IMG/VR virus record: IMGVR_UViG_3300025319_000005
Location: 1-64,000 of that record
DNA: 64,000 bases
Reading direction: 5' to 3' (one strand)
In this document: piece by piece, positions 44,030-54,240 of the stretch
How the letters are laid out: the number at the start of each line of letters is the position of its first letter
Position numbering within the stretch: position 1 is the first letter of the stretch
Notes under the pieces: generated by a model
The model's input: only the letters and a program-made list of their open reading frames with translations
Database searches by the model: none
What the model was told of the DNA's origin: nothing
Program-made: the position numbers and the translations under genes

Positions 44030-44581
44030 TTATTTGATTTGTAAAAAATTTGTGAGCACTGGATGGTCAAGGTTTGGTTTTACCAATTTTAGATGTGCGT
44101 TAGATAAACGACCCATTCTCCATTTACCAGCACCAGGTGTATAGTCCTTAAGTTTTATATTTGTTTCCGATATGTTTACACCATTACCAGAAGATGTATT
44201 TGGCGTGTATCCATTCAAATTTATAAGTGTTTCCAACGTTTGTGCCGCATTGGCGATTGGAATTATTGGTGTATATTCATCCAATCTTATATGTGTTTCT
44301 AATACGTCTTTTATAAACGACTGAGTTTTAGAATAACTAAATTTATATTTGTCCTCAAAAACCGACCAAATTAGATCGAATCTCACATAAAAATACCTGT
44401 TTTCTGTTTCCTGTTGAAATAATAATAAGTCATTTTTCACATAAAAAATATAATGTGGATGTTTGTCTGAAATTTTTAATTCACACCCCTCTATAAAAGA
44501 CAGGAAGAAATCCTCCATTTCGTGTTTGATGTGAAATTTCTCAAATAGGACTTTCCGAGTTATGGATAGGGTCGTTATCAT
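44030..44581 (-). CDS. Family A paralog translating degenerate array D
   Basis: LETHIRLDEYTP-10aa-LETLINLNGYTP-10aa-SETNIKLKDYTP-10aa; TACATTTG host promoter box upstream. Confidence 0.85.
   Translation of the reverse strand: MITTLSITRKVLFEKFHIKHEMEDFFLSFIEGCELKISDKHPHYIFYVKNDLLLFQQETENRYFYVRFDLIWSVFEDKYKFSYSKTQSFIKDVLETHIRLDEYTPIIPIANAAQTLETLINLNGYTPNTSSGNGVNISETNIKLKDYTPGAGKWRMGRLSNAHLKLVKPNLDHPVLTNFLQIK
44136..44303 (-). repeat. Degenerate CRISPR-like array D: 3 repeats, two 30-nt spacers, in frame
   Basis: 36-nt repeats at 44268, 44202, 44136 with an exact 66-nt period. Confidence 0.6.
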
Positions 44582-44851
44582 ATTTTATCATATTACCAGC
44601 AAATGTAAGAAAATTATGTTAATATCTTGGATTTGTGGAGACAGAAAAAACCATACTTGAATTTTGTGACAGGATTTTACGTTTTACGTGAAATAAATAA
44701 AAGTGGACATTATTAGAATTTTTTGTGTTAATGTTTACTTTTCTTATTACTGTTTTCAATATTCTCAATAGTCTTTGAATAATTTCATTTGTTTTGAGTT
44801 TTAAATTCTTTTTTCTTTCGTTTCTTTAATCCCATAAATTACTTGTTCTAT

Positions 44852-46375
44852 TTATAAATTTTTTAATAGGAATTCTTTTTTAGATAATTTTGCATTTAAC
44901 TCACTTTCAATTTCAGCTTCCAATCCTTGAATTAATTCTCCGATATTAGGTAGTTTATCTTTAATGACATTCAAACTACCCAATTCTTCTATCTCCGGAA
45001 TTCCGTTTACCATAGATGAGGAAATAATGTCTTCAGATGGATTAAAACCATATTGTCTTAACTCTGTAATTAATTGAATTAGATTTTGCTTGTCATCCTC
45101 ATTGTCGTGTATGATATTTGGAATAATAATATAAGCATATGGCTTGTTCAATTTTTCCAATTCATGAGGTAGAATTTCACCAGACTCAATTCTTTTTCTA
45201 TCTTCCTTGTCAAGTCTAGCAGCTCTTCCAAAAGTTTGTAAAAACTTGCTCTTATTTAAAGTACGTAAAGGCATAATTCCGGTAAAACCACTAACATCTA
45301 TTCCTTCGGCCAATATATCATAATGTAATACAATAAGCTCTTTTTCAATATCTGAGCCATCTGATTTCAAACGCTTTAAAAATTCTTGCCTACTTACTTT
45401 TTCACCATTAATATCATTACCAATTTCGTCATTTGAAGCAACAGCATAAACATTAACTCCACTATTTCTCAAATTTACATACTCAACACTTTCAAGAAAT
45501 TTCTTAATATCTTGAGTTCCTTTTACTGAAATAAGAATTTTTGGTTTTAATTTCGTTAATACTTTTTTATGCTGGTAAAATGATTCCGATATAATCAAAC
45601 TCAAACTCTTATTATAATCATCCGAATGATAAAACCCATCTGTTTTTACAACATGGAGCCTCGGTCTAACCATTTTACCAAGTTCTATAGCTTCTCTTGG
45701 AGTCATTGAATATAAAACATTCCCATATAAGTCTATATTATTCATTCCACGTCCTTTATCTGAAGGAGTGTGAATAGTTGTAGCTGTAAAGAAATAACTC
45801 CTTGGAGAAGTTAAAGTATGAAGAATATCGTGAAACTGCTCTTGGACAAGATAGTGTGCCTCATCATTTAAAACTATTGAAATAGGTTGTTTTTGACTTT
45901 TCCTCGCATCTTCTATCTTGTCGGCTGAATTATATGTAGAAAAGAATATAAGCGGTAAATCTTGCGATTTTGATTTTTCTATCATGTATTTAATTCCTTG
46001 AACAGATGTTCCGGAACCAATCTCTGAAAAAGGAATGTTGTTTCCATCTAAATTAGAATGAATACGCATTTCTTCTAATTCATTTTCTTCTGTCTTTCCT
46101 CCTGAGTGTACAAACATATAACGAGCTTCAATACCATTAGAAATTAAGAACCCATACACTTCTTTTAATAATTGATAAGTAAGAATAATGCGCGGAGCAT
46201 TTACAACATACATTCTGAACTGATTAGGGTTCATTATTATATCATTTGCTATAATTGCAGCTTCACAATAAGTTTTTCCTACTCCAGTAGGTAAACAGAT
46301 AATTCCTTTTGAATTATAAAATGTCATCGTTACTGAATCTTTTTGATATCCATATAGTTTCTCTAATACATTCAT
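44852..46375 (-). CDS. SF2 (DEAH) helicase/ATPase, restriction-Res-subunit-like
   Basis: LPTGVGKT Walker A, NDEAHY, TAT, ILAEGIDV, QTFGRAAR. Confidence 0.9.
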   Translation of the reverse strand: MNVLEKLYGYQKDSVTMTFYNSKGIICLPTGVGKTYCEAAIIANDIIMNPNQFRMYVVNAPRIILTYQLLKEVYGFLISNGIEARYMFVHSGGKTEENELEEMRIHSNLDGNNIPFSEIGSGTSVQGIKYMIEKSKSQDLPLIFFSTYNSADKIEDARKSQKQPISIVLNDEAHYLVQEQFHDILHTLTSPRSYFFTATTIHTPSDKGRGMNNIDLYGNVLYSMTPREAIELGKMVRPRLHVVKTDGFYHSDDYNKSLSLIISESFYQHKKVLTKLKPKILISVKGTQDIKKFLESVEYVNLRNSGVNVYAVASNDEIGNDINGEKVSRQEFLKRLKSDGSDIEKELIVLHYDILAEGIDVSGFTGIMPLRTLNKSKFLQTFGRAARLDKEDRKRIESGEILPHELEKLNKPYAYIIIPNIIHDNEDDKQNLIQLITELRQYGFNPSEDIISSSMVNGIPEIEELGSLNVIKDKLPNIGELIQGLEAEIESELNAKLSKKEFLLKNL

Positions 46376-46398
46376 AATGATTGTGTTTTTAAATGAAT

Positions 46399-47010
46399 TT
46401 AAGGTTTTACTTCTTTTAACTTATTATCAATGGATTTTACCAATTCACGAACTTTGTTCCAAAATGGTAGATTATTATCCAATAGTCCTTTTAAATCTTT
46501 ATACCCGATACACTTAACTTTCCTTTTAAACATTTCCTGGTCAGTGTAAAAATGTAAACCATCTGCAGTTGTAAAAACAAAGTGCCGGTAGTTATTAGAA
46601 TCTGTATTGTCGGTTATTACGTTATGCGTTAACATTCCATCTGAAAACATATTTGATAAACTGTCCTTACTGGCCGTTAAAAGTTCTGACGTGTCTGTTC
46701 TGTATTTTACCTGAACAACACATTTTTCCATTTTGATGTTTAATCCGGTCCCGTCCACACCATTATCGTTTTCTTGTACAGGAACATAATCATAAACTCC
46801 AACACGATTATCACAAGGATGCAAAGAAAGGAATATTTCAATAAAGAACTCAAATCCATCACCCAAATACTTAAGAGAGTCATAACGTGTTGGGTCAATA
46901 AGAGATTGACGCTCAAGACTACGCATAAACTTTGACATGGTATTAACTTTATCACTGAATAGGTCAGATAGATTGTGACATTTTGTTTGAAACTGGTGAT
47001 GGATTTTCAT
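46399..47010 (-). CDS. PD-(D/E)xK restriction-endonuclease-like protein (Mrr-like)
   Basis: G..FE, DNGVDG, VQVKYR, FVFTTA. Confidence 0.7.
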   Translation of the reverse strand: MKIHHQFQTKCHNLSDLFSDKVNTMSKFMRSLERQSLIDPTRYDSLKYLGDGFEFFIEIFLSLHPCDNRVGVYDYVPVQENDNGVDGTGLNIKMEKCVVQVKYRTDTSELLTASKDSLSNMFSDGMLTHNVITDNTDSNNYRHFVFTTADGLHFYTDQEMFKRKVKCIGYKDLKGLLDNNLPFWNKVRELVKSIDNKLKEVKP

Positions 47011-47022
47011 GGCTTTTGTTTT

Positions 47023-47430
47023 TTAATGTCCAAATTTTATTTTTCCAGTAAAAGTATTTTTTAATTTTTCTATAGTTTCTGCCGAAAAATACCAATAACA
47101 GTTTTCTTGTCCGTTTAATCCTGCGTTTCTTAAAATTTTAATATCAGGTCTCATTACTGGTCCAGCTAATGTTTGATTTTCATTATCTGCGACTGCATTA
47201 ATTTCAATAGCTGGGTTATTTACTATTGCAATGGCAGTAATTTTACCGCCTATTGATTCATAAAGAGGCAAGCCTTCGTGTTCACCTCTTAATTCTAAAA
47301 AATTTTCAATTAATTCAATAGAAAATCCCACTTCTGTGTTTATTAGCATTTTTTTGTTTTTTAAAACAACTGAATTGTTGTCTTTAATTATAGATATGCT
47401 TTTTTGTCTAATTAATAAATTATTTTTCAT
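47023..47430 (-). CDS. Protein resembling the XkdF-like/putative head-protease domain of Bacteroidota phages
   Basis: ITAIAIVNNPAIE...LAGPVMRPD..I.R...Y.YFSAETIEK pattern, recognised from memory. Confidence 0.4.
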   Translation of the reverse strand: MKNNLLIRQKSISIIKDNNSVVLKNKKMLINTEVGFSIELIENFLELRGEHEGLPLYESIGGKITAIAIVNNPAIEINAVADNENQTLAGPVMRPDIKILRNAGLNGQENCYWYFSAETIEKLKNTFTGKIKFGH

Positions 47431-47448
47431 TTTGTTTGAAAATATTCT

Positions 47449-48924
47449 TTAATCTAAAAACTCTTTCCAAAAGTCTTTGCGGAATGTGGATATGACCTTA
47501 CGCTTATATCTATGTCCCATTGTTCCGTCACAAAAACTCATTAATTTAATAAATTTCTCATTTAACATAGATTTCTGGATGTTTTCAAAATTTATAGGTT
47601 CATCAACAATGGCATAAGCAAATTGAGTTAAACCGTATTCTCCTGTTTTATCTATTATTGGTTTTGAAATTCCATTACTCCATATTACCTTAGGTGTATT
47701 AAAATGACCATTTTTAGATAATGACCAAAATAGATTTACCGTTCCATCTTTTAATATAGTATAGACACAAGGGTATTTAAAATCTTCTGTTTTTTCTTTT
47801 GACATGTGTTTTTTGTCACTACCATAAGCAGACCGACTATACAACACCTCAACTTTTTCTTCTCCCTCTTTTGCTATTAACTTTTGTATTTCATTAAACA
47901 TTCCATTAGGAATAAATTCCATATTTGAAATATCTAATTTTTCAATAATTCCATCTTGACATTTAATTGTTGTTATTGTATTATTTGAGGGAGAGTTTTT
48001 AATGCAATAAAAATCAAAAGTAGTTTGTACGCCAAACATTTTAACACCATCTTCTCTGTTGTGTAAATTTAAACTTAATATTTTCTTTGACCTTAATAAA
48101 GTTTGAATTGTTTTAAATCCACCATCAAAATCTCTCCAATTGCTAGGGTGAACACCAACAAAATAACCAGCTTCAACCAAACAACTTTCAATTGATTTTT
48201 TAACGAATTTATCCCAAAGTGGTTGTGACTTTTTATTTCCTTCTTTAAGCTCTTGATACGGAGGATTCATCACAATAACATCAAATTTTTCAATTCCCCA
48301 TATCTCTCTCGTGTGTTCATCAAATTTTTCATCCAAAAACGAACCATTATATATATTCAAAGAATATTCATCATTAGGATCAAAAGCACAAAGGAATAGA
48401 AACATATTTTTAGCTTGAAGTTCACCAACGTATAATTGATTTTCTACTATGTGTTTATATCTTAATTCCTCATCTGGTTCAAATTCCTTAAGACCATACA
48501 TAAGTCTATTTACAATAACACTTGAAAAAATACCACAACCGTTACAAGGGTCTAAGAATTTCAATTTAGGATTTGACCAAACTTCTTTAGGTAAAGTATC
48601 AAGCATATCCTGTACAAGAGAAATTGGCGTCATAACCTCTCCGAAGGCTTTTTTCTCCACTTCTCCTACTTTAACGTATTCACGTAGCATTTTGACTATT
48701 TCTTTGCTGTAATGATATTTTCCAATACTTTCATCCTTCATCATGTTTTTTACCTTGATGAATAAATCTCTATCACCATCCAAAATAGATAAAATAGCCA
48801 TTCTTTTCTTGCTGGTACTTAAACCCTCAAGTGTTATTTTAATGTCTTTATCAATTCCTGACACTTCATCAATCATCATTTGGTCGATTAATGTTTCAAA
48901 TTGATTTTTCTTTGCGTTTGTCAT
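47449..48924 (-). CDS. N6-adenine DNA methyltransferase (Eco57I/type IIG-like M+TRD)
   Basis: GEVMTP, FLDPCNGCG, FDVIVMNPPY. Confidence 0.9.
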   Translation of the reverse strand: MTNAKKNQFETLIDQMMIDEVSGIDKDIKITLEGLSTSKKRMAILSILDGDRDLFIKVKNMMKDESIGKYHYSKEIVKMLREYVKVGEVEKKAFGEVMTPISLVQDMLDTLPKEVWSNPKLKFLDPCNGCGIFSSVIVNRLMYGLKEFEPDEELRYKHIVENQLYVGELQAKNMFLFLCAFDPNDEYSLNIYNGSFLDEKFDEHTREIWGIEKFDVIVMNPPYQELKEGNKKSQPLWDKFVKKSIESCLVEAGYFVGVHPSNWRDFDGGFKTIQTLLRSKKILSLNLHNREDGVKMFGVQTTFDFYCIKNSPSNNTITTIKCQDGIIEKLDISNMEFIPNGMFNEIQKLIAKEGEEKVEVLYSRSAYGSDKKHMSKEKTEDFKYPCVYTILKDGTVNLFWSLSKNGHFNTPKVIWSNGISKPIIDKTGEYGLTQFAYAIVDEPINFENIQKSMLNEKFIKLMSFCDGTMGHRYKRKVISTFRKDFWKEFLD

Positions 48925-48956
48925 GAGAAATGGTTTTTGTTTAATTAATTATGTTA

Positions 48957-48993
48957 TAACGTACTATACGAATTTTAAAAGAGAGGTGTTACA
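48957..48993 (-). promoter_or_regulatory. ECF-type phage promoter copy 15 (heads the MTase-nuclease-helicase cluster)
   Basis: TGTAAC-N17-CGTATAGTACGTTA. Confidence 0.8.
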
Positions 48994-48994
48994 A

Positions 48995-50066
48995 ATTTCA
49001 TTGGTCTTCGGCACAAGTTAATGATAAATCATAATATAAAACACAAATATATAAATTTCTGATTGGTTTTTACTGGATTTTACTATAGTATATTTTTACA
49101 CTTTTTTAAACATAAACAGAAGTATGATTTACTATCATTTTCCATGAGAGAAAAGTAGATACTTTTATTGAGCTTTTTAATACTAAAATTAAAGAGGATG
49201 AAATGGGATTTATGTAGGATTTTACGTGAATGTCTACTTTTTCTAAATTTGTAAGAGGTTGGTTGTCAGGATTTTACATATAATTATATAACTTTAATAA
49301 AAACACGTAAAATAATATTAAAACATTGATACTGGTTCGGTTCACATTGTGAGGTTGTAGCTCTGTCCATTTATCAACCAACGAAATTGAACTGATTTAT
49401 GGGATTTAATAGAAATACGATAAATCGTATAAGTAAAATCCTGACATACTTTTCACAAATCCTATCACACTCCACAACGTCCTATCTAAAGACATTTCAG
49501 AACATTTAAAAAAATTTTAAAAATATAAACGTTAAAAGTGGGTTTTTGTGGTAAAAAGTGGGAGCCATAATTTAGCAGGACAATAGTAGGATTTTACTTG
49601 AGCTGAAAGTGAATAAAAGCTCTGGTCGGTAAAATCCTAATTATCCTCGTGTAGTCGTTTGTTGTCGGATAGCACAGTACTTTCCTTTCGTACCATAGGA
49701 TTTTACCATTCTGGGAGAAATTATTTACTTGTAGTCGGATAAATTGTTGATAACTTTATTTTTATCAATATCGGTAGGATTTTACGAGTACAAAATTGTT
49801 GATAACTATTTCTATTAAACAAAATGCTGGTTATAAGACAAGTAAAATCCTGGCACGATTTTATCTGGCACGTAAATTGATATTAGTAAAATCCTGCTAC
49901 CAATTCCCAAAGTGAATCTTATTCGTTTTCTTGTGATAAGTGTTAATAACTTTGTTAATAGAATGCAACATTTTGTAGGATTTTACGTTTAACTGTATAT
50001 GAACGTGTTTCCATCGCGTTTGGTTTTGGCCTACTGAGTTTAAATTAAAGAGGTTCCTGGTTTTGT
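48995..50066. repeat. 1.1-kb non-coding island with 10 exact AGGATTTTAC copies in both orientations; candidate origin or protein-binding platform
   Basis: Forward at 49216, 49268, 49588, 49697, 49776, 49977; reverse at 49433, 49629, 49842, 49886; TTGTTGATAACT twice (49744, 49796). Confidence 0.75.
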
Positions 50067-50139
50067 TTTGTTTGCTCCTTCACCGTGTCCGCTACTCTTA
50101 ATTTACTCAGTGGGCTTTTTTATTGTTATATTTGTGAAA

Positions 50140-50550
50140 ATGATAAAAAGTCTTGAATATATTAAAATTCACATATTAAAAGAAGGAGAAAAGCCTGTTT
50201 TATTATCTGAGTTAGAAAACAAGATAGTTGCTTGGGCATTACATCTCCCTGAAAAAATACAAATTTCTCATTGCAACTCTAAAGAAAATTCAAATCCAAT
50301 AAAATTCATTGGAGGGAGAGAATACCGTTCCCTTGGAGATACCTGCAGAATGTTTTGTAAAATGAGACTACAAAATAGAATGTTTGATTACTTTTTCTGG
50401 GATGGAATTGTAAAAGTAATACATAATGATTATGATTACTTTAGTGAAGAATACTATGCTTTTAAAAATAGTTTTTATTATTATATTGTCACAGGAAGTT
50501 ATAATCACCGGATGGTGTTAATAGAAAAATTCAATAGGGAGAAATGGTAG
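50140..50550 (+). CDS. Hypothetical protein with C-terminal HRMVLIEK tag (start revised from 50068)
   Basis: TATATTTG box at 50127 then ATG at 50140; divergent from the non-coding island. Confidence 0.6.
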   Translation: MIKSLEYIKIHILKEGEKPVLLSELENKIVAWALHLPEKIQISHCNSKENSNPIKFIGGREYRSLGDTCRMFCKMRLQNRMFDYFFWDGIVKVIHNDYDYFSEEYYAFKNSFYYYIVTGSYNHRMVLIEKFNREKW

Positions 50551-52380
50551 GATTTTACCGGTTAATAATTATAAAACTTATTTTTGGGATATCTTAAAAA
50601 CTACCAGCATCATGTAAGTGATTACCAGAATCGTCATAAACGTGTGTCTTCAACATTGAGCCACCTTTTGTATTTGCTTCTTTAAATGCTTCTTCTTTGG
50701 TTTTAAAATCTCCCTCTATCCAATCTGAGCCATCGAATGTATCAACTCCTACAACTCTGAATTTACCTTTTGGTGCTTTGAAATCTTTTATAGTTAACAT
50801 AAGGATAAGTTTTAAATTTATGATATATATTATATTTTATTTAAGGAATCAGGATTTTGCCCAGAGGAAAATCCTTTTTATCTATCTCAACTATGATACA
50901 TGTCATTATAATCAGATATTTACCACCGTACAAAAAACAAGTCCCTCACAATCATTAAGATGATGTAGAACATTGGCTGAAGATTCTTCTAACAATGACC
51001 TGGTTCTTCCAACTGAAAGATGAGGTAAAGTACATAAAGTGGTTGTAAAAGAAACCTTTTTCCCAATTGAATGCATTTCATCCCAATCATTGGGGCATTT
51101 CTTTTTTAACTTAGTTACTGCACTAAGCATTTGTTTCTTTTGTGTAAAATGAGCTGTTACGCGAATTGCTTCCATGTTATTCCAAGTTTAAGGTTCCTAA
51201 CAATGACAGGTTTTTACATACCTCTTCTGTTTTAATGTAAAATCCATCTTTACCTTTTTTAAATATCCCAAGTTTTGTGGACATCTTATTTATTAAATCA
51301 ATGAAGACCGGCTTTTTAATGTCGTCATATAAGCTCTCTAATAAAACAATCCCTTCTTCATTATTTGAAATTGAAATTACATCTTCGATATTGTTATATT
51401 TAAATTTCATAGTTAAGAATATCTAATTTAAAAATATTGGATACAAATCATTATCTGACTCAGGGATATATAAAAACACATTTTGCATGCCAGTATCTTT
51501 ATTTATCTCGTCGATGTCATTATCAATACATTTATATGCTTCTTTGGTACCTTCTCCGGTTCTATCAAAGAACCTTTCGGCATTTTTGATATCTCTTACT
51601 AATTCGATTTCAATTTTTTTGTTTTCCATTTGTTTTAATGTTTTTGTTCTTGTCGTTTTTATTTTCAGTTCTGCCGGACCATTGAGTCGTTCCATCGTTT
51701 CTTTGTGTGAATTTTGGTTTTGTATCAAGACTGGTCATCTCACCTAGGTGAAAATCGTTATATTTATCATCCAGAACCTGGTTCTTTCTCTCATCCGCTT
51801 TTCGAATTCGTCTAGAAATTAACACACCGACTAATCCTGCAATAGCCATCATTGCGATTAATATTATATTTGTGTTCATTACATGTTCTTGATTTGGTTG
51901 GTTTATATATTAAACGTATTGTACCAGGTTGAATGTTGCATAAATATAAAAAGTTTTTTATTGAAGTTAAAAAATAATATTTATGACCCGCTGGACATTC
52001 GTTTCAATAATAGCGAATTGTCAACCATAAAAGACTGAAAATCAGAAGTATCAAAGTCATCTTTCAATTGTGGTATATCATAAGTGTCATTCACGTTGTT
52101 TTTGATGTAATCAATCAACACTTCGAATGTATTTGATTGACATGTTGCCTTAATTGCTGTCAGTCGTTGTTCAACTTCTAAAAACCATTTAGGTTTCTTT
52201 TCTTTTAAATAGTTCATAGCTACAGGTAAGTGATGTGTCATCAAGTTGTCATCGCAAATATGATTTAACATTAAATAGACATCATCTATTTTTGTTGATA
52301 ATCTCCCATCTACTATGGAAAATAATTGAAGTAAATTAAATTGTTTTGTCATTTTATTGTTGTTTTTAGGTTTATATATT

Positions 52381-52827
52381 CTAATTTATGTTTTCACGTC
52401 CTGTTTTTTCCAATTGCTCAGCGAAATGTCCTGAATAGGTTCCATCCTTGGCCGGTAAAATAATCCGAATAACGTTCCGGCCAAGTTCTCTAGCTAAAAT
52501 TGCTTTTACTTTGTATCCGGTTAGGATATCATTATATTCTTTTCCGGGTTCTAATTTTGTCCCGGATTTGATAAGTCTGAAAGCTGCCCACATTATTCCA
52601 TTAGCTATTTCTGGAGATACTCTCATACAAAACTGTAAATCGAGATGATCAAAGTTTTCAGCAATACCATGGGTATGGATGTTGGTACCATATGGGAATT
52701 CATCCGGACTTTCATTAAAAACGAAATGAGTATACCATCCAACTTTTTTGATTGAGTCACTCTCAAGTTTATTAAAGATTCGCTGGTCACTTGGGAATTT
52801 ATATACTTTCTCTTTTTTCTTTTTCAT
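52381..52827 (-). CDS. DUF4262-like protein
   Basis: GW..HFV....F.Y..THG....FDH.DL pattern. Confidence 0.45.
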   Translation of the reverse strand: MKKKKEKVYKFPSDQRIFNKLESDSIKKVGWYTHFVFNESPDEFPYGTNIHTHGIAENFDHLDLQFCMRVSPEIANGIMWAAFRLIKSGTKLEPGKEYNDILTGYKVKAILARELGRNVIRIILPAKDGTYSGHFAEQLEKTGRENIN

Positions 52828-54101
52828 GGTTATATTTTTTCAGTTAAAGTTATTCTTCAATAAGCTACTTTAAAATCAAATAGTTATGAATTTAATTATA
52901 CTACAATCAATTCAAACATATCAAATAACTCAATTTCTGCCATGCTCCATTCTATATCAAATTTTTCTAATATTGATTTAGGAATGCTAATATTTTTCCC
53001 ATTAAAATATTTTAACAGTTTATCTCTAAAGTTTTTATCTTTTATTAAGTCAAAAGATAAATTTGGTACTAATGCAGCTGTTTTTTTAAGTGCATCATTT
53101 TTTTTCGATTTAGGGAGAAATAATAATTTTTCACGATTGTTTAAGGATTTATTTTCTTTGTTAAAAATTAAATTTTCGTCAATATCTGTTATAATGTAGC
53201 TATCTTCTCCAGATAATTTCAAAAACAACTTTGTTTTATTTGTTGTGCTCTGTTTTTGAACTCCAATTAGTCTTTCTAAATAACTTATTTTAAAAGTTTT
53301 GATTTTGTTATTTAATTCTATAATTTTTTTTTCAACTTCTTTTGTTATTAATAATCCGTCAAGATAAAACGAACTTTCTTTCTTTGTAACTAAGTGAAAT
53401 CCCATTAATTCAAAGTCTGTGAGTGTTCCATCTTCGAGAAGTGTTCCGGCTCCAAGTGGAAGTAAAGAAAATTCATCAAGTTTTTCTTTCGTTATGTTAT
53501 TTTTTGTAATGTAATCATTATTTATCTCAACTTCAAGGATTAAAATATCTTCTTTGGATAAGTGGGCAGAAATGATTTCACCAACTACATCTCCTATAAA
53601 TTTAACTTCTTCCTGAACTTCACCAGCATCTTCAAAAATAGATGTGTTTAGTTTTCTTTGATTTATATTATAAATAAATTTCTCAACTTCATTTTTAGGA
53701 AATTTCCTTTCGTTTAAATTAGCAACATCACATGTTAAAACTTCAAAGTAATGAAGTAAAACTTGAGTTTGTGTTTCTTTTGCTGAGTTTTTCATGGTTA
53801 TATTTTTTTTAGTTAAAGTTTTACTTTAAGTTACCCTCCTCTTGACCCGTTAGAAATCAATAGATTATCAGTTTTAATTTCCTTCGCTTAGTAAAATGTA
53901 AAATCCTAATTATATGCAAGTTCAGGTACCTTCAATATCAAGTAGTTATAAAGAAGTTGTAAAAATGAATACTCATTATCAATTAGTTACGAGCTAAAAA
54001 TTTTCAATAATCATTCCTATGTTAAAAATCAATTAGTTACGCAACACTGCCAGCTGTACATTCATCATATTGTTTTATTCATAATGTGATATTTTGTTCT
54101 A

Positions 54102-54138
54102 TAACGTACTATACGAATTTTAAATCTTAGGTGTTACA
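54102..54138 (-). promoter_or_regulatory. ECF-type phage promoter copy 16
   Basis: Consensus match within the 53800-54387 non-coding island. Confidence 0.8.
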
Positions 54139-54183
54139 AGAAAAGGATATGTTAAATATTTAAGGTAAAACCCTAAGTATTTA

Positions 54184-54240
54184 GATATACGTAAAATCCA
54201 ATTGAATTTCTGTCACGAAAAAGAATTAAATTAGTGACAG
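54184..54240 (+). repeat. 57-bp hairpin element, near-identical inverted copy at 61227-61281
   Basis: GATATACGTAAAATCCAATT...CTGTCAC-GAAAA(A)GAATTAA(A)TTA-GTGACAG in both copies. Confidence 0.75.

Noticed and set aside
31625-44303. Diversity-generating retroelement as the source of the variable tails
   Set aside because: No reverse transcriptase, and the variable segments are unrelated sequences rather than TR/VR pairs differing at adenines
31625-44303. Self-targeting spacers
   Set aside because: I found no match to any spacer elsewhere in the window by eye; this is not an exhaustive search
1586-50550. TRKVLxEK as a DNA repeat or recombination site
   Set aside because: Underlying codons are highly variable while the peptide is conserved
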